From: Escherichia coli
Lineage (GTDB): Bacteria; Pseudomonadota; Gammaproteobacteria; Enterobacterales; Enterobacteriaceae
DNA length: 64,000 bases
Assembly: GCF_003334315.1 (NCBI RefSeq)
Contig: NZ_QOWR01000007.1
Reading direction: 5' to 3' (one strand)
Of this stretch, positions 13,571 to 22,402 are shown in pieces (within the stretch, counting starts at the first letter, position 1; each line of letters begins with the position of its first letter). Under the pieces are notes generated by a model. It saw nothing but the letters and a program-made list of their open reading frames with translations. It was not told where the DNA came from and did no database searches. The translations under genes were made by a program, and so were the position numbers.

Positions 13571-15108
13571 GCATCCTCCATCGGCGTAAACAGGCTACTT
13601 TCCATCAGGCGTGGATGCTTGATAATTGGACGGAAGGCCATATACGGCAGAATGTCGCGCTCAATCTCCACACTCGGTGCGATTTCAATTAATTCAACGC
13701 CTTCTGCCGTTAACTGGAATACTGCGCGTTCAGTGATATACAACACTTCCTGACCACTTTGCTGTGCGTAGGCGGCGCTAAAAGTGATTTTTTCCACCTG
13801 GGTAACCAGTTTAGGGATTTGACCTGACTGGGCGATATGCAAGCCATCTGGCGTTACATCAATCTTGCTACCTTTGGCGTCGAACGTGCCGCAGAACACC
13901 ACTTTACGGGCGTTTTGCGCAATTTCGAGAAAACCGCCGGGGCCAATGAGATTGCCATTGAGATGGGAGACGTTGACGTTACCGTACTGATCCATCTCTC
14001 CCATGCCGAGGAAGGTGATATCGATCCCTCCGCCACTGTAGAACTCAAATTGATCGAGTGATGGAATAATGGCATCGGCGTTGCGGGCACAACCAAACAG
14101 AGCATCATCAAGCATCATGCCGTTATGTACGCCTTGCTCGACGCTCAGCCATAAACTTTGGTAAGGAACGCCTTCGCGCAGCGCTACGCCTGGAATACCG
14201 CCAGGAATACCAAAGCCAAAGTTGGTTGAAGCGCCAGCCACCAGTTCGCGTGCTGCCCGACGGGCAATCAGGCGGCGCACCGGATGACTAACCAGTTCAA
14301 TAGCGTCGTTAGAACTCAGACGGCGATGTTGACCGCTAATGGTCAGGTCGTAACCGCCAAGATAGGTTTGCGGTTGTTCGCGGTGTTCAACGATGCCATC
14401 AACCAGAATGCCCGGTAATTTGACCCGGCGTGGTTCAATCGCGCCAGCTTCCAGCACATCGCGTACCTGTACGAACACTTTGCCGCCGCTGTTGTGTGCT
14501 GCCAGCGCCATGGAATAGCTATCCATATCAATCGCTTCTTCTTCAAGGCTGACGTTGCCTCGAGGATCGGCATAAGTGCCACGCAAAATCGCGTAATCCA
14601 CTTTGAAAGGGCGATAACGAAGTTTGGTTTCACCGTCGATTTCAATCAGTTCTACCAGGTCGTCGGTAGTGCATTCATTCGACTTACCGCCGCCATTGCG
14701 TGGATCAACAAACGATCCCAGCCCAACGTGGGTAAAAAGCCCCGGACGTCCGGCGCCGATCTCCCGTAGCAGTGCCTGAATCACGCCACCAGGAAAGCAG
14801 TAGGCTTCAATCGTGTTATTTTTTACCAGCGCCTGCATTTTGGGCGACCAGGTAAAGTGCCCGGCAATAATGCGTTTGAGCATCTCTGCGTGCGCAAAAC
14901 GATTAGTGCCTTTGCAGTCGCGATCGCCAATACCCAGCGAGTGGATTAGCGTCAGGTCGCGAGGGTGTCCGGTTTGCAGGAAACGCGCTTCAATAGCAGC
15001 CAGAATATGGTCGGCTTCTACCATACCGCCGCCGTTACCGCTAATAGCAATAGTCGCACCGTCCTGAATTTGCGCCGCCAGTGCCTCGGCGGTTGTTATC
15101 TTACGCAT
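13567..15108 (-). CDS. Family I acyl-CoA:acetate/3-ketoacid CoA-transferase (YdiF/propionate CoA-transferase-like, fused alpha-beta)
   Basis: 513-aa ORF MRKITTAEALAAQIQDGATIAISGNGGGM...; fused two-domain architecture and glycine-rich oxyanion regions typical of COG4670-type CoA-transferases. Confidence 0.8.
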   Translation of the reverse strand: MRKITTAEALAAQIQDGATIAISGNGGGMVEADHILAAIEARFLQTGHPRDLTLIHSLGIGDRDCKGTNRFAHAEMLKRIIAGHFTWSPKMQALVKNNTIEAYCFPGGVIQALLREIGAGRPGLFTHVGLGSFVDPRNGGGKSNECTTDDLVELIEIDGETKLRYRPFKVDYAILRGTYADPRGNVSLEEEAIDMDSYSMALAAHNSGGKVFVQVRDVLEAGAIEPRRVKLPGILVDGIVEHREQPQTYLGGYDLTISGQHRRLSSNDAIELVSHPVRRLIARRAARELVAGASTNFGFGIPGGIPGVALREGVPYQSLWLSVEQGVHNGMMLDDALFGCARNADAIIPSLDQFEFYSGGGIDITFLGMGEMDQYGNVNVSHLNGNLIGPGGFLEIAQNARKVVFCGTFDAKGSKIDVTPDGLHIAQSGQIPKLVTQVEKITFSAAYAQQSGQEVLYITERAVFQLTAEGVELIEIAPSVEIERDILPYMAFRPIIKHPRLMESSLFTPMEDA

Positions 15109-15117
15109 ACAATTTCC

Positions 15118-15900
15118 TTATTGATTATGGAAGCTCACGCTACTTTTTTCGGCAAAGGCGCGCGTCGCCTGCTGGCAATCCTGAGTGGCAGACATTAATC
15201 CGGCCAGTAGCTGGTGCGGGTAATCGGCATGTTTATTTTCCAGTGCCAGAATCAGTTGCTTAATATGCGCCAGTGCCACCGGACCGCATTTTTCCAGCTG
15301 CGCTAACTGGTTCGCCATCCAGCTTTCCACCTGTTCTTTTTCTACCACTTCATCAATTAAATTCGCCGCCTGGGCTTCCTGCGCCGTCAGGCGTTTACCC
15401 AGCATCAGCATCTGGCGACCGACCACCGGACCAACCTGATTAAGCACACGTTCAATGCCCATCCAGCCAGGCACCATGCCGAGCATCACTTCCGGGTTAG
15501 AGAATTTCGCGCCGGGGCGGGCAATACGAATATCGCAGCACAAGGCCAGTTCAATACCACCGCCGATGGTATGACCGTTGAGATTCGCAACGGTTAATTG
15601 GGGTAAGTTTCGCAGGCGATTAAAAACGTCATTACCGCGTTTAATCCATTTTCTGCCCATATCTAATGGCGAATAGGCCGACCACGATTTAATATCGCCA
15701 CCCGCACAAAAGAATTTATCGCCGGTTGCCGTTAATTCGACTAATCGTAATGTGGTGTCGTTTTCAATTTCATTTAAATAATGGTCGAGAGATTCGATCA
15801 TTTCTTCATTAATAGCATGACATTTATCTTCACGGTTCAATGTCAGGCGGCAAGAAGCCGCCGCTCTGCTGAACAGAACGGGTTGGTCACTCATGATCAT
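15118..15900 (-). CDS. Enoyl-CoA hydratase/isomerase (crotonase fold)
   Basis: 260-aa ORF with crotonase signatures (FFCAGGDI, GHTIGGGIELALCCD); true start may be the ATG 6 nt downstream (15894) judging by RBS spacing. Confidence 0.8.
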   Translation of the reverse strand: MIMSDQPVLFSRAAASCRLTLNREDKCHAINEEMIESLDHYLNEIENDTTLRLVELTATGDKFFCAGGDIKSWSAYSPLDMGRKWIKRGNDVFNRLRNLPQLTVANLNGHTIGGGIELALCCDIRIARPGAKFSNPEVMLGMVPGWMGIERVLNQVGPVVGRQMLMLGKRLTAQEAQAANLIDEVVEKEQVESWMANQLAQLEKCGPVALAHIKQLILALENKHADYPHQLLAGLMSATQDCQQATRAFAEKSSVSFHNQ

Positions 15901-15903
15901 TCC

Positions 15904-16746
15904 TTAACAATAATGCGCGATGCGATCGACGCTAATATCCAGCGTGCTGTTAATATCTTTCTGCCACCAGTAAGGCGAGAATATTTCCAGTTCTATAGCG
16001 CCATTAAATCCGGCGTTTTCAACCAGCCGACGAATTGACGGAATATTGATGACGCCATCTCCCGGCATTCCCCGGTCATTGACCAGATCGGTGGTCGGTA
16101 CTAACCAGTCGGAAACATGAAACGCGAGGATGCGTTTTCCGGCACGCAGGATCTGACTGGCGAGCTCCGGATCCCACCAGACGTGATAAACATCCACCGC
16201 CACGCCGAGGCCAAACTCACCATCGGGATCGAGTTCATCACACCAGTCCAGCGCCTGACGTAACGTGCACAGGCAAGAGCGGTCGGCAGCAGTCATCGGG
16301 TGCAGCGGCTCCAGCGCAATTGGCACGCCGACATCTTTCGAATGTGGCAGCAACTGGCGAATCCCTTGTTTTACTTGTTCCCGCGCTTCGTACAAATCTT
16401 TTGTTCCCTGCGGTAACCCGCCAACCACCTGCATATAACAGGCGGCGTTAAGCACCGCTGCGTCGTCCAGCGCCCGGCGGTTATCATCAATCGCCAGTTT
16501 GCGTTCCGCCTGTGTCGGCGCGGTGTAGTAAGTGCTACGGCACAAACCGGAAACGCTCATGTTACTGGCAGCAAGCTGGCGGGCGATTTGCTGGAGATCT
16601 TCACCCTGCAACTCCCTGCGCCAGGGGGCAATTGCGCCAATACCACGCGCGGCGCAGGCATCAATAATGGCGGGTAGAGGCGTTTTATAGCCCAGTGTTG
16701 CGGTATTGATACTGAATAAATCCGGGCGTTGTAACAGATCTCTCAT
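15904..16746 (-). CDS. Sugar-phosphate isomerase/epimerase-like TIM-barrel enzyme (xylose isomerase-like fold)
   Basis: 280-aa ORF; family assignment from overall similarity to the AP-endonuclease-2/xylose-isomerase TIM-barrel family (IolE, UlaE, dehydroshikimate dehydratase); function within that family is open. Confidence 0.7.
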   Translation of the reverse strand: MRDLLQRPDLFSINTATLGYKTPLPAIIDACAARGIGAIAPWRRELQGEDLQQIARQLAASNMSVSGLCRSTYYTAPTQAERKLAIDDNRRALDDAAVLNAACYMQVVGGLPQGTKDLYEAREQVKQGIRQLLPHSKDVGVPIALEPLHPMTAADRSCLCTLRQALDWCDELDPDGEFGLGVAVDVYHVWWDPELASQILRAGKRILAFHVSDWLVPTTDLVNDRGMPGDGVINIPSIRRLVENAGFNGAIELEIFSPYWWQKDINSTLDISVDRIAHYC

Positions 16747-16755
16747 GATTCAGCC

Positions 16756-17547
16756 TCAGAAGCGCGGCATACTTAAGCCGCCGTCGATGGCGACCGCCTG
16801 ACCACAGGTGTAAATCAGTTTACCTTCCGCCATCGCGCGGACGGTGGAAGCAATATCAGCCGGATAACCCCAACGTCCCCACGGCACCAGACCTTTGGCA
16901 ATCAGTTCGTCGTAATAAGCCGTTGCCGGAATAGTCATATCGGTTTTGATGAGACCAGGGCGCACTTCATAAACGCCAATTTGTTCATTACAAAGGCGAG
17001 CAGCAAACAGACGAGCAGCGGCAGAAACGGCGGTTTTGGCAATGGTGTATTCGCCGCGATTCATCGCCAGCATGATGGCGTTGATGGAACTGACGAAAAT
17101 AATCGAGCGGTGCGGCAGTTCCGCTTCCGGTTTCGGCTGTGCCAGTAAGCGCTTACTGAATGCCTGAGCAAGGAAGAACGGCGCGCGGGTGTTAATGGCA
17201 ATGTTTTGATCGAAGCTGTCTGGTTCGAGGTCGAGGAGGTCACCGCGTTTTTTCACTGAAATCCCCGCGTTATTGAGCAGGCAGTCCAGACGCCCCCACT
17301 GGTTTTGTGCCGCGTCGAGCATCTCTTCATGCAAGGAGAGATCGCCGACATCGGCAGGGAAGCAAATGACTTCCACACCTTCTGCCAGACATTCCTGTTG
17401 TGTGGCATGTAATTTTTCTACGCTGTCAGCATCGGGGCGATCGTTAATCAGCAGGTTAAATCCGCCACGAGCAAGCTCCAGCGCACAGCCCTTTCCAATA
17501 CCACGAGCGGCTCCGGTAATCACGGCAACAGGACGAGTGGATTTCAT
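16756..17547 (-). CDS. Short-chain dehydrogenase/reductase (SDR)
   Basis: 263-aa ORF; TGAARGIGKG cofactor motif near N-terminus and catalytic YTIAK (YxxxK); first gene of the island operon. Confidence 0.85.
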   Translation of the reverse strand: MKSTRPVAVITGAARGIGKGCALELARGGFNLLINDRPDADSVEKLHATQQECLAEGVEVICFPADVGDLSLHEEMLDAAQNQWGRLDCLLNNAGISVKKRGDLLDLEPDSFDQNIAINTRAPFFLAQAFSKRLLAQPKPEAELPHRSIIFVSSINAIMLAMNRGEYTIAKTAVSAAARLFAARLCNEQIGVYEVRPGLIKTDMTIPATAYYDELIAKGLVPWGRWGYPADIASTVRAMAEGKLIYTCGQAVAIDGGLSMPRF

Positions 17548-17734
17548 ACAATAACTCTCTTTTTTGAATATTGTTTTCTAAGTGACAATTAGCTTGCGAC
17601 GTGCCGCAAGAAAGATCAACCATCTGGTTGGTTGATATGCGATAGTGATCACAGGACATTTGATAACTTGATGAAAGTACAAGTTTTTATCCTTTTTACT
17701 GGAGCTTCTAATTAATCGGGTTAAGATAGTTATC
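17548..17734. promoter_or_regulatory. Divergent promoter/operator region between the island operon and its TetR regulator
   Basis: 187-bp AT-rich intergenic region between divergent genes; contains inverted repeats (see operator feature). Confidence 0.45.
17615..17636. promoter_or_regulatory. Candidate TetR-type operator (8-6-8 inverted repeat)
   Basis: ATCAACCA-tctggt-TGGTTGAT, perfect 8-bp arms read directly from sequence, 99 bp upstream of the TetR start; a second IR cttgcg-acgtgc-cgcaag lies at 17593-17610. Confidence 0.4.
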
Positions 17735-18406
17735 TTGAAGAGGTCGTGGGGAAGCGTTATGTATCTTGATACCAGCAACGTACAGAGCCTGAAGGAAAAG
17801 CTGCTGTTATGCGCGGTTAATGAATTTGCCGAATATGGTTATGAAGGGGCCAGGGTCGATAATATTGTTAAGGCTGCGGGGTGTAGTAAACAGACGGTTT
17901 ATCATCACTTTGGTAATAAAGAAAATTTATTTATTGAAGTACTGGAATATACCTGGAACGATATTCGACAAAAAGAAAAGGCCCTTGATTTCTCAGATCT
18001 TCCGCCACAAAAAGCTATTGAGAAAATTATTGATTTTACATGGGATTATTATATTGCTAACCCCTGGTTTTTAAAAATTGTGCATAGTGAAAATCAAAGT
18101 AAAGGTGTGCATTATGCAAAATCACAGCGTCTCTTAGAAATTAACCATGCGCACTTGCAGTTAATGGAATCCTTATTGGATGAAGGGAAGAAACACAATA
18201 TTTTTAAGCCAGATATCGACCCATTGCAGGTGAATATTAATATTGCTGCGCTTGGGGGATATTATTTGATCAACCAGCATACGCTTGGCCTGGTTTATCA
18301 TATCAGTATGGTTTCCCCCCAGGCACTGGAAGCCAGACGTAAGGTCATCAAAGAGACGCTCCTTAGCTGGCTTTTGGTTGATCCTTCATCTACTGCGCAC
18401 GAATAA
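17735..18406 (+). CDS. TetR/AcrR-family transcriptional regulator
   Basis: 223-aa ORF; N-terminal HTH ([28 protein letters not shown]); AT-rich by eye; alternative start at 17759; 3' end overlaps the ytfB stop by 17 bp. Confidence 0.8.
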   Translation: MKRSWGSVMYLDTSNVQSLKEKLLLCAVNEFAEYGYEGARVDNIVKAAGCSKQTVYHHFGNKENLFIEVLEYTWNDIRQKEKALDFSDLPPQKAIEKIIDFTWDYYIANPWFLKIVHSENQSKGVHYAKSQRLLEINHAHLQLMESLLDEGKKHNIFKPDIDPLQVNINIAALGGYYLINQHTLGLVYHISMVSPQALEARRKVIKETLLSWLLVDPSSTAHE

Positions 18407-19028
18407 AACTGCCATCCGGCTGGCGGGTAAACAGGACCTGTTGATTATTCCCCGTATCAATAGTTAAGCCCGTCACCACGCCGCTGGCGTTCTGGCGGAT
18501 TTTCACCATCTGCCCGTTTTGCAAATTACTCAGCGGCTTACCCGCGCCTTCTACCTGCGCCATTGCATAGACATCGGTAGCGGGCAGTCCGTGGTCGCGG
18601 AACAGCTGCGCCATCGTTTTACCGGGTTCGACACGGTAAGAGCGCCATTGATTATCAATTCCGCTATCTGGCTGGAATGGTTGTGTTTGGGTAGTTTGCG
18701 GCTGTTCTTCTGGCTGGCCTTCCTGTATAGGTTCTGGAGCGACCGGAGCCACCTGATCAGGATCATTTTGTGGTGTGACTAATTGCGCCCGCAGCTGTTC
18801 TTCTGTCGGCGGTTGTGATTGCGACTGAATATCTAACTGCGCTTCACGCGTCACCACCGGCGCGTTGGGCGTATCATCAGATGGAAGCAGAAATCCGACC
18901 ACCAATATAATGGCGGCAATAATGATCCCCCGACGATGCATCGGCGGCAGCGGGTCCATGAAGCGAAAATTGTCCGGCGCGTGCCAGACTTTCTCCAGGG
19001 TTGGTTTTAGTTCAAAGCGCCCGGGCAT
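18390..19028 (-). CDS. ytfB: Cell-division protein YtfB (OapA/LysM-like)
   Basis: Track ORF 18390-19064 trimmed to [29 protein letters not shown] start (212 aa); single TM segment and Pro/Gln-rich linker. Confidence 0.85.
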   Translation of the reverse strand: MPGRFELKPTLEKVWHAPDNFRFMDPLPPMHRRGIIIAAIILVVGFLLPSDDTPNAPVVTREAQLDIQSQSQPPTEEQLRAQLVTPQNDPDQVAPVAPEPIQEGQPEEQPQTTQTQPFQPDSGIDNQWRSYRVEPGKTMAQLFRDHGLPATDVYAMAQVEGAGKPLSNLQNGQMVKIRQNASGVVTGLTIDTGNNQQVLFTRQPDGSFIRAQ

Positions 19029-19246
19029 GGTTTCCTCCTGCTCCGCGTCTTGTTCCTCAATCATAGCCTATGAATAAGCTAACGCTATGATGTCCGTGGT
19101 AAACCCGCCTTTATTATATTCATACGGGATATTGCTATTGTTTCTTTTTCCCCGGGATTTGTCATCATTCCTGCGACAAAGTTTTACCCAAAGAAGTGTG
19201 GCTGATATGCTGCCCGCTACTTTTATACCCTAAGAAAGGAAATACG

Positions 19247-19867
19247 ATGACCACCCCAACTTTTGACACCATCGAAGCGCAAGCAAGCTACGGCATTGGT
19301 TTACAGGTAGGCCAACAACTGAGTGAATCTGGCCTGCAAGGGCTGCTGCCGGAGGCGCTGGTGGCTGGTATTGCAGATGCGCTGGAAGGCAAACATCCGG
19401 CTGTTCCGGTTGATGTGGTGCATCGCGCGCTGCGTGAAATCCACGAACGCGCCGATGCCGTTCGTCGTCAGCGTTTCCAGGCGATGGCTGCCGAAGGTGT
19501 GAAATATCTTGAAGAAAATGCCAAAAAAGAAGGTGTGAACAGCACCGAATCTGGCCTGCAATTCCGCGTGATCAACCAGGGTGAAGGCGCAATTCCGGCA
19601 CGTACTGACCGCGTTCGTGTTCATTACACCGGTAAACTGATCGACGGCACCGTGTTTGACAGCTCCGTTGCTCGTGGTGAACCCGCTGAATTCCCGGTTA
19701 ATGGCGTGATCCCTGGCTGGATTGAAGCACTGACTCTGATGCCGGTAGGTTCTAAATGGGAACTGACTATCCCGCAGGAACTGGCATATGGCGAGCGCGG
19801 CGCAGGCGCATCCATCCCTCCGTTCAGCACCCTGGTGTTTGAAGTCGAACTGCTGGAAATCCTCTAA
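19247..19867 (+). CDS. fklB: FKBP-type peptidyl-prolyl cis-trans isomerase
   Basis: Track ORF 19196-19867 trimmed to [18 protein letters not shown] start (206 aa); FKBP domain at C-terminus. Confidence 0.95.
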   Translation: MTTPTFDTIEAQASYGIGLQVGQQLSESGLQGLLPEALVAGIADALEGKHPAVPVDVVHRALREIHERADAVRRQRFQAMAAEGVKYLEENAKKEGVNSTESGLQFRVINQGEGAIPARTDRVRVHYTGKLIDGTVFDSSVARGEPAEFPVNGVIPGWIEALTLMPVGSKWELTIPQELAYGERGAGASIPPFSTLVFEVELLEIL

Positions 19868-20175
19868 GCAGCGCATTCTGTTCCCCTCGAACCAGAGGGG
19901 AGCAGGCATTCAGCAATAAACCCTTCAGTTTGCCAAACGGCGCTATTTTGTGTTGCAAAGACCCCGTAAGCGTGTATTTTTGTGAGCTGTTTCGCGTTAT
20001 CACCGTGATATGACACTCACTTTAAACATAAAATTAACATTAGATCTAAATCTTAGTATTCATCCCGCGTATTGTTACCTAATATCGATGAGTCCCGATA
20101 CAGATTCGTCGTATCATAGACTGACTAAAGGCCGTAGAGCCTGAACAACACAGACAGGTACAGGAAGAAAAAAAC

Positions 20176-21588
20176 ATGGTAGATCAGGTAAAAGTCGTTG
20201 CCGATGATCAGGCTCCGGCTGAACAGTCGCTACGGCGCAATCTCACAAACCGACATATTCAGCTTATTGCCATTGGCGGTGCCATTGGTACGGGGTTGTT
20301 TATGGGGTCTGGCAAAACGATTAGCCTTGCCGGGCCGTCGATCATTTTCGTTTATATGATCATCGGTTTTATGCTCTTTTTCGTGATGCGGGCAATGGGG
20401 GAATTGCTGCTTTCGAATCTGGAATACAAATCTTTTAGTGACTTCGCTTCCGATTTACTCGGGCCGTGGGCAGGATATTTCACCGGCTGGACTTACTGGT
20501 TCTGCTGGGTTGTAACCGGTATGGCAGACGTGGTGGCGATCACTGCTTATGCTCAGTTCTGGTTCCCCGATCTCTCCGACTGGGTCGCCTCGCTGGCGGT
20601 GATAGTGCTGCTGTTGACGCTCAACCTTGCCACCGTGAAAATGTTCGGTGAGATGGAGTTCTGGTTTGCGATGATCAAAATCGTCGCCATCGTGTCGCTG
20701 ATTGTCGTCGGCCTGGTCATGGTGGCGATGCACTTTCAGTCACCGACCGGTGTGGAAGCGTCATTCGCGCATTTGTGGAATGACGGCGGCTGGTTCCCGA
20801 AAGGTTTAAGTGGCTTCTTTGCCGGATTCCAGATAGCGGTTTTCGCTTTCGTGGGGATTGAGCTGGTAGGTACAACAGCTGCGGAAACCAAAGATCCGGA
20901 GAAATCACTGCCACGCGCGATTAACTCCATTCCGATCCGTATCATTATGTTCTACGTCTTCGCGCTGATTGTGATTATGTCCGTGACGCCGTGGAGTTCG
21001 GTAGTCCCGGAGAAAAGCCCGTTTGTTGAACTGTTCGTGTTGGTAGGGCTGCCTGCTGCCGCAAGCGTGATCAACTTTGTGGTGCTGACCTCTGCGGCGT
21101 CTTCCGCTAACAGCGGCGTCTTCTCTACCAGCCGTATGCTGTTTGGTCTGGCGCAGGAAGGTGTGGCACCGAAAGCGTTCGCTAAACTTTCTAAGCGCGC
21201 AGTACCAGCGAAAGGGCTGACCTTCTCCTGCATCTGCCTGCTCGGTGGCGTGGTGATGCTGTATGTGAATCCTAGCGTGATTGGCGCGTTCACGATGATT
21301 ACAACCGTTTCCGCGATTCTGTTTATGTTCGTCTGGACGATTATCCTTTGCTCGTACCTGGTTTACCGCAAACAGCGTCCTCATCTGCATGAGAAGTCGA
21401 TCTACAAGATGCCGCTCGGCAAGCTGATGTGCTGGGTATGTATGGCGTTCTTTGTGTTCGTGGTCGTGTTGCTGACACTGGAAGATGACACTCGCCAGGC
21501 GCTGTTGGTCACCCCGCTGTGGTTTATCGCACTGGGGCTGGGCTGGTTGTTTATTGGTAAGAAGCGGGCTGCTGAACTGCGGAAATAA
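20176..21588 (+). CDS. cycA: D-serine/D-alanine/glycine transporter (APC family)
   Basis: 470-aa ORF MVDQVKVVADDQAPAEQSLRRNLTNRHIQLIAIGGAIGTGLFMGSG (amino-acid permease signature). Confidence 0.95.
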   Translation: MVDQVKVVADDQAPAEQSLRRNLTNRHIQLIAIGGAIGTGLFMGSGKTISLAGPSIIFVYMIIGFMLFFVMRAMGELLLSNLEYKSFSDFASDLLGPWAGYFTGWTYWFCWVVTGMADVVAITAYAQFWFPDLSDWVASLAVIVLLLTLNLATVKMFGEMEFWFAMIKIVAIVSLIVVGLVMVAMHFQSPTGVEASFAHLWNDGGWFPKGLSGFFAGFQIAVFAFVGIELVGTTAAETKDPEKSLPRAINSIPIRIIMFYVFALIVIMSVTPWSSVVPEKSPFVELFVLVGLPAAASVINFVVLTSAASSANSGVFSTSRMLFGLAQEGVAPKAFAKLSKRAVPAKGLTFSCICLLGGVVMLYVNPSVIGAFTMITTVSAILFMFVWTIILCSYLVYRKQRPHLHEKSIYKMPLGKLMCWVCMAFFVFVVVLLTLEDDTRQALLVTPLWFIALGLGWLFIGKKRAAELRK

Positions 21589-21600
21589 CCGCATTATCAT

Positions 21601-21629
21601 GCTGGATGGCGCAATGCCATCCAGCTTTT
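21601..21629 (+). terminator. Rho-independent terminator of cycA
   Basis: Stem gctggatgg / ccatccagc (21601-21625) followed by TTTT (21626-21629). Confidence 0.65.
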
Positions 21630-21632
21630 AGA

Positions 21633-22295
21633 TTACTCACCCGCCAGCGCGCGTGGGAACAGTACATTGTTTTCCAGACTGATGTGATCCATCAGGTCAT
21701 CAATCAGTTCATTAATGCCGTTATACATCGCTTTCCAGGTGGTGCAGGCTTCTGGCGGCGGTGTGACGTTATTGGTAGTGTGTTTGATCACTTCCAGCAG
21801 TTCGCCCGCTTCATCGTGCTCGCTTTCCATTACGCTGATTGGCCCCATTGCCTGGCTGCCCATGCCTTGTTTGATCATCGGGAAGAGGATCTGCTCTTCT
21901 TTCATCATGTGGCTGGAAAGCTCTTCATGCAGCATGGTCAGGTATTTTGTCAGCCCTTTTGGCACGCTCGGTTTGTCGGCGTGAACGCGCTCGACTTTAG
22001 TCGCTTGCAGGATCAGCTCCGGCAGTTGCTCGCGGTGACGATCGTGGTAGCGCACGATGATATGGTCGATGATTTCTGCCAGCGGGGCGCTACGCCAGTC
22101 TTTCTCAATCGGTTGTTCAGCAAGCTTTGCCAGCTCAGCTTCAATGACCTCAACATCCAGTTCTTTACGTGCCGCCGCACGCGCCAGCGTTTGCTTACCG
22201 CCGCAGCAGTAATCCATATCATATTTACGAAACAGAGCCGAAGCGCGAGGGATAGAGAGCGCCAGTTCACCTAAAGGTTGGTCGCGATAAGCCAT
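21633..22295 (-). CDS. ytfE: Iron-sulfur cluster repair di-iron protein
   Basis: 220-aa [40 protein letters not shown] (ScdA N-domain plus hemerythrin-like domain). Confidence 0.95.
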   Translation of the reverse strand: MAYRDQPLGELALSIPRASALFRKYDMDYCCGGKQTLARAAARKELDVEVIEAELAKLAEQPIEKDWRSAPLAEIIDHIIVRYHDRHREQLPELILQATKVERVHADKPSVPKGLTKYLTMLHEELSSHMMKEEQILFPMIKQGMGSQAMGPISVMESEHDEAGELLEVIKHTTNNVTPPPEACTTWKAMYNGINELIDDLMDHISLENNVLFPRALAGE

Positions 22296-22321
22296 AGCTG
22301 ATACCTCATTCTTAATAAGAT

Positions 22322-22344
22322 AAGATGTATTTTAAATGCATCTT
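22322..22344. promoter_or_regulatory. NsrR operator at the ytfE promoter
   Basis: Near-perfect 11-1-11 inverted repeat AAGATGTATTT-T-AAATGCATCTT upstream of ytfE; ytfE is a known NsrR target and the palindrome fits the recalled consensus. Confidence 0.55.
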
Positions 22345-22402
22345 TAAGGCAAATGCTATAACCCTTACGTAGCAGAGGCTTATTTAACTCACTGCCAGTA
22401 TG

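Noticed and set aside
10090-18410. Island checked for integrase, transposase, tRNA or flanking direct repeats
   Set aside because: None recognised in the ORF translations or at the boundaries; the island is therefore not called a mobile element, only an accessory locus.
19883-19900. Hairpin cccctc-gaacca-gagggg after fklB, considered as a terminator
   Set aside because: Short stem and no following U-run; too weak to call.
20905-21600. 231-aa minus-strand ORF inside cycA
   Set aside because: Antisense shadow of cycA with a low-complexity Arg/His/Gln-rich product.
21606-22274. 222-aa plus-strand ORF opposite ytfE
   Set aside because: ytfE on the minus strand is strongly supported (hemerythrin/ScdA motifs, upstream NsrR palindrome); the plus-strand frame is a shadow.
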